From contig JBDZWC010000039.1 in NCBI GenBank assembly GCA_040256005.1, forward strand, positions 1 to 22,439: a stretch of DNA of 22,439 bases, in the 5' to 3' direction. The first letter of the stretch is position 1, and each line of letters begins with the position of its first letter. The DNA is from Deinococcaceae bacterium (GTDB lineage Bacteria; Deinococcota; Deinococci; Deinococcales; Trueperaceae). The notes beneath the pieces were generated by a model, which worked only from the letters and a program-made list of their open reading frames with translations, did no database searches and was not told the DNA's origin. Below, piece by piece: positions 15,251 to 22,439 of this stretch. Made by a program: the position numbers and the translations under genes.

Positions 15251-18200
15251 TCACGCGGGTTGCCGGTCGGTGACCCTGCCGCCGCCCCGAACAGCCAGGT
15301 CGACGATCTCCGCGAACCCCAGTCCCGCGGCCGTCCTCGCCGCCCGCTCGCGCGCGACCTCGTCCACGCTCGTGCCGGCGTCTTCGCGCACCTCGGTCAA
15401 GGTGCGCCCGACGTCCTGATCCGGGGCCGCACCGATCGACTCGAGCAGGTTCTCGGCGCAGGCGCACAGGGTCAGCGCCTGCACGGGGTCGCCTGTCGCC
15501 GCGGCGAGCCCCACCAGGGCCGTTGCGGCCTCCCTGCGGTTGTCGATGGAGTGCGCCAGCTCCAGGCTGCGCAGGTACAGGTCGCGTGCGGCGCTCTTGT
15601 CGTCGCTCGACCTGGCGATGTCGCCGAGGTTGTTGAGGCTCACCGCCATGCCCAGCTTGTCTCCCAGGCTGGTGCGAGAGTTCAGGCTCTGCTCGTAGAG
15701 GCGCTTGGCCTGCTCGGCGTCGCCACGTTCCGCGGCCATGAAGCCGAGGTTGTTGAGGGCCACGGCCGTGCCTGCGACGTCGCCCAGCCGCCGCCTGATC
15801 GCCAGGCTGTCCCGCAGCAGGTCCTCGGCCTCGGCGTTGCGCCCGGCGTTCGCGGCGATCACGGCGAGGTTGTTGAGGGCGTTCGCGACGCCAAGCTCGT
15901 CGCCTGCCTCACGCCTGACGCTCAGGCTCTGGCGGAACAGGTCCTCGGCTTCGTCGGCCTTGCCTCGGTAGAGAGCCACGTTGGCCAGGCCGTGTAGGGC
16001 GCGCGCTCTCGCTGAGGCGTCCGCCAGCTCCGTCGCCACCGCCATAGCCTCCTTGAGCATGGCCGTCGCTTCCGGGTAGGCACCCAGATGCCACAGCACG
16101 TTGCCGCCCAGCGCGAGGAGCGCCTTGACCAGCTCGTCCGGTTGCTCCAGGCGCCTGAGCGCCTTGACCGCCGCCTCCAGCAGGTCCCGGGCCGCGGTGT
16201 GGTCGCCCTGGCGCTCGCGCAGCTCACCCAGCAGGCGGCGAGCCTTCGCCTCGGCCAGAGGTTGCCCCTCCGCGGCTGCCGTGTCGAGCGCCTGTGTCAG
16301 CCTCGCCTCGGCGCGCTCGTTGTCGCCGCTGAACGATTCCACCTCGCCGAGTGCGAGCAGCGGCTCGATGACCCCGGCTCCGTCGACGATGGCCAGTAGG
16401 CGGGTCAGGTACGCCGCTGCCGTCTCGTTGGCGTAGTTCGCCTTGGCGGCTAGCCCGGCTCGCCAGAGGAACTCGCGCCGCTTCGGGAGGTCGTCGGACC
16501 TGTCGTAGTGGAAGGCGAGCTCGTCGAGATGAGGGTCATCGGGGCTCGCCACGGCGGTCTCCACGTAGCGAGCGAGACGCCCGTGCAGGTCGGCCTTGAT
16601 GGAGTAGGGGAGGCTCTCGTAGGCCGCCTCGTGGGTGATGGCGTTGACGAAGCCGAAAACCAACGGCGCCTCCGTGACTAGGTTCGTGATCGTCGCCCTG
16701 GTGGCCGCTCGCAGGTCGCCGAGGAGCTCATCGCGGGCACGCGAGGGCCGGCATGCCTGCAGCCAGTCGACGAGGAACTCGCGGCCGATCACGCTGGCTA
16801 CCTTGAGGCTCACCTGCTCCTGCTCGCCTAGGCGGTCCAGGCGGGCGAGGGTGAGGGCCTGCAGCGTCTGCGGGAGCTCGGTCTCCCCGAACGACAGCCC
16901 GCCGATGTCTCGGCTCAACAGCTCGTCGAGCAGTGCGGTGAGGAAGAGTGGGTTGCCGTCGCTGCGCTCGAGCACCTGTTGCAACACGTCCTCGGGCAGC
17001 GGCTCCGCTTCGCGGGCGCTGAGCTCCGCCGCTATGAGCTCCTCGGCCTCCCTGGGACGGAGCGGTCCGAGCAGCACCTGCGCCGCCCCGGTCAGGAACG
17101 GCGCCTTGGACCGCTCGCCGACCGACGAGCCGGGCCGTCCGGCCGTGACCAGCGCCAGCGGGAGGTCCGCGATAGACCTGGCGACCGCCTCGAGCAGATC
17201 GCGTGAGAGGGGGTCGATGGCGTGCACGTCCTCTAGGACGATGACGAGGGTGCGACCCAGCGCCGACAGCGCGAAAGACCGTTCCCGCAGCAACGACACC
17301 AGCAGGTCCAGGCGGGAGGCCGGCCGCAGGTCCGGACCCAACGACGCCACCAGGTCGTTCTCCTCGATCACGAGGTCGAGGACCGGCGCCAGCAACGGAG
17401 CGCGAGGCGCCAGCTGGGGATCGATGCGGGCCACGGCCGCTTCCACTGCCGCGCCGCGAGCCGCAGGAGGCGCGGTGCGGTCGAGCTGCAGCAGGTCGTT
17501 GAAAACAGTTGACCAGACTCGGTACGGCGCCTCGCCCTCGAACGGCTGGCAGGCACCCGACAGGACCTCCAGGTCGCCGGTACCCACGGCCTCCAGCGCG
17601 GCGGCGACGAGTTGCGACTTGCCCATCCCCGCCTCGGCGGTCAGCTGGATGGCCTGACCGCGGCCGAACCGTGCGCTCATCAGGCACTCGGAGAGCACGG
17701 CCAGCTCCGACTCGCGGCCCACGAAGGGACGCGTGCGGTCCGAGACCTCCCTGATCAGGGTCGAGCGTCCCTCGGCGCCCACGAGCTCGCTGATCGCCAC
17801 CGGCTGCGGCGAACCCTTCACCGGCACCGTCATCACGAGGTTGAACTCGAAGCCGTCGCGGCAAGCGCGGACGAAGGCCGGGCTGGCGTAGGCGGTTCCC
17901 GGTGGAGCCAGCCCCATGAGACGGGCCGCCATGTTCGTCTCGGGACCCAGCACGCCGTAGGTGCGTCGCGTGGTGCCGCCGTACGCTCCGGTCCTGGCCG
18001 TCCCGTAGCCCAGGCCGATGCGGACCTCGGAGACGAAGTCGAAGCGTGACGCTGCCCTTCTCAACCTGGTCGCGGCGGAGGCGCAGCGATGGGCATCGTC
18101 GCCGAACGAGGCCGGCGCGCCGAACACCGCGTAGAGGTAGTTGCCCTTCTCGCCGATGGTGAGCTGCACGACCGAGCCGCCCACGCCACCGACCTCACGC

Positions 18201-19072
18201 TGGACCCAACTGACGAACTCGTCGAGCTTGCTGATCGCCTCGCTATCGTTGTCGTAGTCGATCCCGCCGAACCGCATGAACAGAGCTGCCACCGGCCGGA
18301 GCTCGGTGAGGAACTCGCCCTCGCCGGCCTCCAACCGGCGCCTCACGGTGGGTAGCAGCCAGGGGCGCAGCTGATCGAGGTCGTCGGACACCGGGGGTGC
18401 CCTGAAGTCCGCGCTGGATGCCGACAGTCCCTCGAACGGCGCCACGCGATGCGCGCCCTCATCGATCTGCTCGGTCCGCAGCCATCCCTTCACCGCGGCG
18501 GCAGTGGCATCGTCGACGATGACGTCGCCCGATGCCGCCAGCTCGTTGAGGCGCTCGATCCTGGCCACCGTCTCGCCTGCGACCATGTCCATGAGCTGCA
18601 CGTTCGGGTCCCCGACCACGGCCCTGGTGACCGGTCCTGCCGTGACCGAGACCTTGAGGCTGAGGCGTATGGACTCGTTGGGCAGCCCGGCCACCTGCAG
18701 CGCCTCGAAAGGCGCCATGGCGCGTTGCATGGCCCCGGCCGCGTCCACGGCGGTGCGCCCGGAGTCAAGTGGGAACCAGCAGAGGATCGCGTCGCCGCTG
18801 AAGCCGATGACGTTGCCGCCGCGACAGGCGCCTTCCTTGATGAGCGCGTCGTAGAGCCGGTTGAGGTGGCGGGCCACCTCTTCGGCGCCGCGCCGCCTGC
18901 CGAGCGCAGCTACGAGCTTGACGGTCAGGGCGGTGAAGCCGGAGACGTCGGCGAAGAGCACGCTGCCTTCGGTACGGTGCGCTCCGGGGGTCAAGGGTCC
19001 GCTCCGACGGTCCTCGGGCGCGTACGTCCCGAAGACCTCGGCTACCTGTGTGGTGCCGGACGACCTTTCCAC
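15251..19072 (-). CDS. Tandem class III adenylate/guanylate cyclase domains + STAND/AAA P-loop ATPase + TPR repeats (sAC-like architecture)
   Basis: C1 VLFADVSGFT...FSGDAIL; C2 ELRPVAALF...EKG...VFGAP...TNMAARLM; FVGRESEL, Walker A AEAGMGKS, Walker B VIVLED, SDGNPLFL, ARLDRL, ASVIGREF; C-terminal 40-aa repeats with LNNL(G/A). Start uncertain: GTG 19072 (downstream of a TAACAT -10-like box) or ATG 19111. Confidence 0.9.
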   Translation of the reverse strand: MERSSGTTQVAEVFGTYAPEDRRSGPLTPGAHRTEGSVLFADVSGFTALTVKLVAALGRRRGAEEVARHLNRLYDALIKEGACRGGNVIGFSGDAILCWFPLDSGRTAVDAAGAMQRAMAPFEALQVAGLPNESIRLSLKVSVTAGPVTRAVVGDPNVQLMDMVAGETVARIERLNELAASGDVIVDDATAAAVKGWLRTEQIDEGAHRVAPFEGLSASSADFRAPPVSDDLDQLRPWLLPTVRRRLEAGEGEFLTELRPVAALFMRFGGIDYDNDSEAISKLDEFVSWVQREVGGVGGSVVQLTIGEKGNYLYAVFGAPASFGDDAHRCASAATRLRRAASRFDFVSEVRIGLGYGTARTGAYGGTTRRTYGVLGPETNMAARLMGLAPPGTAYASPAFVRACRDGFEFNLVMTVPVKGSPQPVAISELVGAEGRSTLIREVSDRTRPFVGRESELAVLSECLMSARFGRGQAIQLTAEAGMGKSQLVAAALEAVGTGDLEVLSGACQPFEGEAPYRVWSTVFNDLLQLDRTAPPAARGAAVEAAVARIDPQLAPRAPLLAPVLDLVIEENDLVASLGPDLRPASRLDLLVSLLRERSFALSALGRTLVIVLEDVHAIDPLSRDLLEAVARSIADLPLALVTAGRPGSSVGERSKAPFLTGAAQVLLGPLRPREAEELIAAELSAREAEPLPEDVLQQVLERSDGNPLFLTALLDELLSRDIGGLSFGETELPQTLQALTLARLDRLGEQEQVSLKVASVIGREFLVDWLQACRPSRARDELLGDLRAATRATITNLVTEAPLVFGFVNAITHEAAYESLPYSIKADLHGRLARYVETAVASPDDPHLDELAFHYDRSDDLPKRREFLWRAGLAAKANYANETAAAYLTRLLAIVDGAGVIEPLLALGEVESFSGDNERAEARLTQALDTAAAEGQPLAEAKARRLLGELRERQGDHTAARDLLEAAVKALRRLEQPDELVKALLALGGNVLWHLGAYPEATAMLKEAMAVATELADASARARALHGLANVALYRGKADEAEDLFRQSLSVRREAGDELGVANALNNLAVIAANAGRNAEAEDLLRDSLAIRRRLGDVAGTAVALNNLGFMAAERGDAEQAKRLYEQSLNSRTSLGDKLGMAVSLNNLGDIARSSDDKSAARDLYLRSLELAHSIDNRREAATALVGLAAATGDPVQALTLCACAENLLESIGAAPDQDVGRTLTEVREDAGTSVDEVARERAARTAAGLGFAEIVDLAVRGGGRVTDRQPA

Positions 19073-19158
19073 CCTCAGTGGCCATGTTACGCCCCAGGTG
19101 CAGGCCGTCATCAGGGGGCCCCAGGGGCGCCCACTGCGGCGATACGTGCGAACATCTC

Positions 19159-20268
19159 ATGGTGCGGAAAGGCATCCTGCTCGGCTTCGCGCCCGGCTCC
19201 GCCATCGGCGTGGGTCGGTTCGGTTACGGCCTGGTCTTGCCTCTCATGCAGTCGGAGTTGGGTCTGAGCCTCTCGCAAGCTGGCCTGGTGGGCAGTGCCA
19301 ACACAGGCGGGTACCTGCTTGGCGCGCTCCTGAGCCACAGGGTCCTGGCAGTGGTCGGGTACCGCAGAGGCGTCTACGCCAGCCTGTTCCTCCAGGTCCT
19401 GACGCTCCTCGCGCTGTGGCTCGGCCCACCCTACGCGGTCGTCCTGGCACTCCGGCTGGTGCAGGGTGTTCTGGGCGCCCTCGTCTTCGTGGGCGGTGCG
19501 GCCCTGCTCCTCGCCAGCGGAGCTAACGCCACCGCCATGGGCCTCTACTTCGGTGGCATGGGCGTGGGGCTGATCCTGTCGACCGGCGCGCTACCCCTGG
19601 CCGTGGGCTGGCGGACCTCCTGGGGGCTGCTCGGCTGCCTAGGCCTGCTCATGGCGCTCGTCGCGGTCACCGCGGCGCCCGGGCTGCGCGAGCCCGAGCC
19701 ACGTCGCGTGGAAGAGAGCGGGGGGCTGGCCGGTCTCGCGCCCACCCTCGTCGTCTACGGGCTCTATGGCGCCGGGTACATCGGCTACATGACGTTCGTC
19801 ACCAGCGGCTTGGCCGTCCCCCTGGCGCCGTTCTGGATCGTCCTCGGAGTAGGGGCCATGCTCACGGGCCCCGCCTGGGGCCGCGTCATCGATCGCCTGG
19901 GAGGCGCCGGGTCGCTGAGGCTGATCCTGTTCGTGTTGTTCGCGAGCAGCTTGGCGCCGCTCCTGAAGGCCGTCCCGTACGCGTCCGCGCTGCTGTTCGG
20001 CGTCAGCTTCCTCGGGGTGATCACCGCGCTGACCACGATGTTCAGGGAGCGCCTGCCGGCGGGGGAGTGGGCCAGGGCCATGGGCCTGTCGACCGCCGCG
20101 TTCGCCACCGGCCAGGCCCTGGGCCCCACGTTGAGCGGCATGGCCGGCGACATGTTCGGCGGTGTCTCGGCCGCTCTCTGGATGGCGAGCGGCCTGCTGG
20201 CCGCCGGGATGGCGCTGGCGTTCGTGCCGTTGCGAGGCGCCGGACCCGACGCGACCCAGACCAGCTAG
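19159..20268 (+). CDS. YbfB/YjiJ-family MFS transporter
   Basis: About 12 hydrophobic segments, GVGRFGYGLVLPLM...AGLVGSANTGGYLLGAL, YGAGYIGYMTF, FATGQALGP. Start refined to the in-frame ATG 19159 so it does not overlap the divergent gene. Confidence 0.85.
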   Translation: MVRKGILLGFAPGSAIGVGRFGYGLVLPLMQSELGLSLSQAGLVGSANTGGYLLGALLSHRVLAVVGYRRGVYASLFLQVLTLLALWLGPPYAVVLALRLVQGVLGALVFVGGAALLLASGANATAMGLYFGGMGVGLILSTGALPLAVGWRTSWGLLGCLGLLMALVAVTAAPGLREPEPRRVEESGGLAGLAPTLVVYGLYGAGYIGYMTFVTSGLAVPLAPFWIVLGVGAMLTGPAWGRVIDRLGGAGSLRLILFVLFASSLAPLLKAVPYASALLFGVSFLGVITALTTMFRERLPAGEWARAMGLSTAAFATGQALGPTLSGMAGDMFGGVSAALWMASGLLAAGMALAFVPLRGAGPDATQTS

Positions 20269-20272
20269 GTCG

Positions 20273-21940
20273 TCAGTTGGTCAGGCCGCGCTCTCGGGCC
20301 CACACGACGGCCTCGGCACGAGAGTGGACGTCGATCTTGGCGTAGATGTTGGCCACGTGGTTGCGCACGGTGCGAGAGGAGATCTTCAGGTCTTCCGCGA
20401 TCTCCTCGTTGGTCATACCGCGTGACACGCGCGTCAGCACCTGATGCTCCCGGTCGCTCAGCGTCTCGCCGGCCTCCAGGGTCTCGCCGGTGCCTTGAGC
20501 CTGGGCCAAACGCTCGATGAGCCGTTGGCTGAACCAGTTCGTGTCCGACATGACCTCCTGTATGGCGCGCAGTAGCTCCTCCTGCGAGCGCTTGCGATCG
20601 GTCACGTCCAGGAAGTTCAGCAGCCAGCCGAACGAACCGTTGATCCGGATGCGGTCGCCCGAAGCGAGCACGTCACGCGCTGTGCCGTCCTTGGCCCTCA
20701 GCCGGAGCTCTAGGTCGTCGAAGCGTTCGCCCCGGGCGTGCGCTGCCTCGAGCCGGTCACGATCCCGGCTGTCAGGCCAGAGGCCCAGTCGGTCGGTCGT
20801 GGCGCCCTGAGCGCGGTCGGCCGGATACCCCGTCAGCTTGGTGAAGGCGCGGTTGACCTCGATGACGGACTCGCCCGTCTCATCGGTGATGCAGGCCGCG
20901 ACGCTACCCAGCTCGAACGCCTGCCTGAACCTGACCTCGCTCCTGCCGAGCTCCTCGGTGCGTTCCGCGACGGCCTTTCCGAGGCCGCGGTTGAGGCGCT
21001 CGAGCTCGGCGTTGGCCCGTTCCAGCTCGCCCTGGGAAGCCCGCAGCGCGGCCAGAGCTCGGGCCCGTTCCACGGACGGCCAGATACGTCCGGCGGCGTC
21101 CGTCAGCATGTCGACCTCGTAGGGATCCCAGACTCGAGGTTCGGAGGTGCAGACGGCGATACCCCACACCGGGTTGTTCGGGCCCTTGTCCAGCGGAACG
21201 GCCACGAACGATGCGATGCCGACGCTCAACAGGCCCGCCCTGCGTTCGTCGTCGAACCCGGTGTGGGCGTTCACGTCCTCCACGATGAAGGGCCCCTCCT
21301 CGAGAGGAACCAGCAGCTCGGGGAAGGCCGATCGTCTCACGTCGCCCTCCAGCGGCGCGAGGTCACCGCGGGCGTAACCGGGCCCCACCGTCATGCGGTC
21401 CTCACCCTCGTAGAAGCGGTAGAAGAAGCACCGGTCTGCCTCGACGTGCTCGCAGATCAGCGAAGCCGAGAGCCGGGCGATCTCCTGCTCGGTCTCGAGG
21501 CGGCGCAGCTCGTCACTGAGCGCGAGGAGGAAGCGATGGCGGTCCCCGGTCGCAGCCTGGGCCGAGCGTTGCCGCCTGAGAACCGTCACGTCCACCGTCG
21601 CCCCGCAGGCGTTGATGGGTTCGCCGTCCACGTCGTAGAGGATCTGACCGCGTACGGCCATCCAACGAACGTCGCCGTTGGGCCAGGTCACGCGCACGTC
21701 GATGTCGAAGGTCCCTGTCTCCACCGCAGCGGCCAAGCCGTCGTCAAGCACCGCACGGTCATCGGGGATGACGTGGTCCCTGGCCGGCTCGAGGCACCAA
21801 TCAGCGTGATCCACGTCCAGCCCGAACAGCTCGACGTGCGAAGGGCCGGGTTCCCTCTCGAGCTTGGCTACGTCGAACTGCCAGCCCCTGACCGACTTCG
21901 TCTGGTCGGGCGCCATAGCGTCGCCCCCAGTGTCCGCCAC
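20273..21940 (-). CDS. One-component regulator PAS/PAC-GAF-coiled coil-PAS-LuxR HTH
   Basis: HVIPDDR...WPNGDVRWMAVRG...GATVDVT (PAS/PAC); GAF with SFVAVPL...PRVWDPYEVDML; second PAS IEVNRAFTKLTGY...LRAKDG; LuxR LSDREHQVL...GMTNEEIAEDLKISSRTVRNHVANIYAKIDVHSRAEAV. Start GTG 21940 or ATG 21916. Confidence 0.9.
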   Translation of the reverse strand: MADTGGDAMAPDQTKSVRGWQFDVAKLEREPGPSHVELFGLDVDHADWCLEPARDHVIPDDRAVLDDGLAAAVETGTFDIDVRVTWPNGDVRWMAVRGQILYDVDGEPINACGATVDVTVLRRQRSAQAATGDRHRFLLALSDELRRLETEQEIARLSASLICEHVEADRCFFYRFYEGEDRMTVGPGYARGDLAPLEGDVRRSAFPELLVPLEEGPFIVEDVNAHTGFDDERRAGLLSVGIASFVAVPLDKGPNNPVWGIAVCTSEPRVWDPYEVDMLTDAAGRIWPSVERARALAALRASQGELERANAELERLNRGLGKAVAERTEELGRSEVRFRQAFELGSVAACITDETGESVIEVNRAFTKLTGYPADRAQGATTDRLGLWPDSRDRDRLEAAHARGERFDDLELRLRAKDGTARDVLASGDRIRINGSFGWLLNFLDVTDRKRSQEELLRAIQEVMSDTNWFSQRLIERLAQAQGTGETLEAGETLSDREHQVLTRVSRGMTNEEIAEDLKISSRTVRNHVANIYAKIDVHSRAEAVVWARERGLTN

Positions 21941-21946
21941 GAAGGC

Positions 21947-21952
21947 ACTTTA
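21947..21952 (-). promoter_or_regulatory. -10 box TAAAGT 6 nt upstream of the GTG start (probable leaderless transcript)
   Basis: Minus strand reads TAAAGT GCCTTC GTG, with no Shine-Dalgarno before the GTG. Confidence 0.5.
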
Positions 21953-22045
21953 GCGCGAGGGACGGCGTTGGTTCGTGTGGTCTGCCGCCGGTTGCGGGCG
22001 GGACACACATCTTCGGAGCGTCGAGGTCGAGGCGACGGGCTCGAC

Positions 22046-22438
22046 CTACTGCTGCAGTTCCGGAGGCGCCTCCAGCAGCGCGTTGAAGATGCGCGGCGTC
22101 TGGTGCACGTAGAGGCAGTAGACGCTGCTGCCCTTGAAAGCCGCGGCCGTGAAGGTCGCGTATCCGGAGGGCCAGGTGGCCGTCACGGCATCGTCGGACT
22201 GGGCGACCTTGACCTCCGTCGCCCCCAGCGACGCTGCCACTCCGTTCACGCCGTCGGCCAGGGCGAGGCCGGGTGGCAGCTCGCCGCTGACGTAGGTGAA
22301 GACCATGTCGGGGTGGATCGGCGTGAGCATGTCGGCTCGCTGCACGACCTGCGTGTCCGCGAGGCATCTACGCACCGCGATGTCGCTGACGAAGGTCCAT
22401 CCGAGCGCGCCAGGCTGCGGCTCTCGCGGCCGCACCAG
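22046..22438 (-). CDS. Hypothetical protein, probably 5'-truncated by the window edge
   Basis: Frame is open to the right edge with GC3-rich codons and globular-looking sequence (TATWPSGYATFTAAAFKGSSVYCLYVH). No recognisable motif. Confidence 0.6.
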   Translation of the reverse strand: MVRPREPQPGALGWTFVSDIAVRRCLADTQVVQRADMLTPIHPDMVFTYVSGELPPGLALADGVNGVAASLGATEVKVAQSDDAVTATWPSGYATFTAAAFKGSSVYCLYVHQTPRIFNALLEAPPELQQ

Positions 22439-22439
22439 G

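Noticed and set aside
15626..15880. GAGGTTGTTGAGG repeated three times at exact 120-bp spacing (CRISPR-like periodicity)
   Set aside because: It encodes the LNNL motif of 40-aa TPR repeats inside a CDS; the repeat is too short, the spacing too long, and there are no cas genes.
13173..19111. ATPase plus S8 protease pair as an IetAS-type toxin-antitoxin/defence system
   Set aside because: IetA is a plain AAA+ ATPase and IetS is cytoplasmic. Here the ATPase is a cyclase-STAND-TPR protein and the protease has a lipoprotein signal, so the architectures do not match.
10953..19111. Direct call as Pycsar, CBASS or Avs
   Set aside because: No stand-alone PycC, CD-NTase, TIR, 2TM or nuclease effector, and the neighbours are metabolic genes rather than a defence island. 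Kept only as an analogy.
19048..19158. N-terminal extension of the MFS ORF
   Set aside because: It would overlap the divergent cyclase gene start; family-like sequence begins at ATG 19159.

Overview
High-GC bacterial window, almost fully coding. It is probably Deinococcota (Truepera-like); this is an inference from signal-peptide style, TANNNT leaderless starts and the TopIB gene. Left to right: (1) a minus-strand carbohydrate-utilisation operon of ROK repressor, sugar-binding protein, two ABC permeases and a GH5-type glycoside hydrolase that runs off the left edge and is missing from the ORF track, with a candidate ROK operator next to its TTGACA -35; (2) a divergent heterodimeric ABC exporter pair; (3) a bacterial type IB topoisomerase; (4) a co-oriented minus-strand three-gene module: a tandem class III nucleotide cyclase-STAND ATPase-TPR protein (soluble-adenylyl-cyclase-like architecture), a lipoprotein subtilase (S8) with four identical but synonymously recoded GLQAVGA repeats, and a SulP-STAS-cNMP-binding transporter; (5) a YbfB/YjiJ-type MFS transporter, a PAS-GAF-PAS-LuxR regulator and a partial hypothetical gene. 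Module (4) is the best candidate for an undescribed system: a cyclic-nucleotide producer and a cyclic-nucleotide-binding membrane protein flank an exported protease carrying a repeated peptide cassette. No rRNA, tRNA, CRISPR array or mobile element was recognised.
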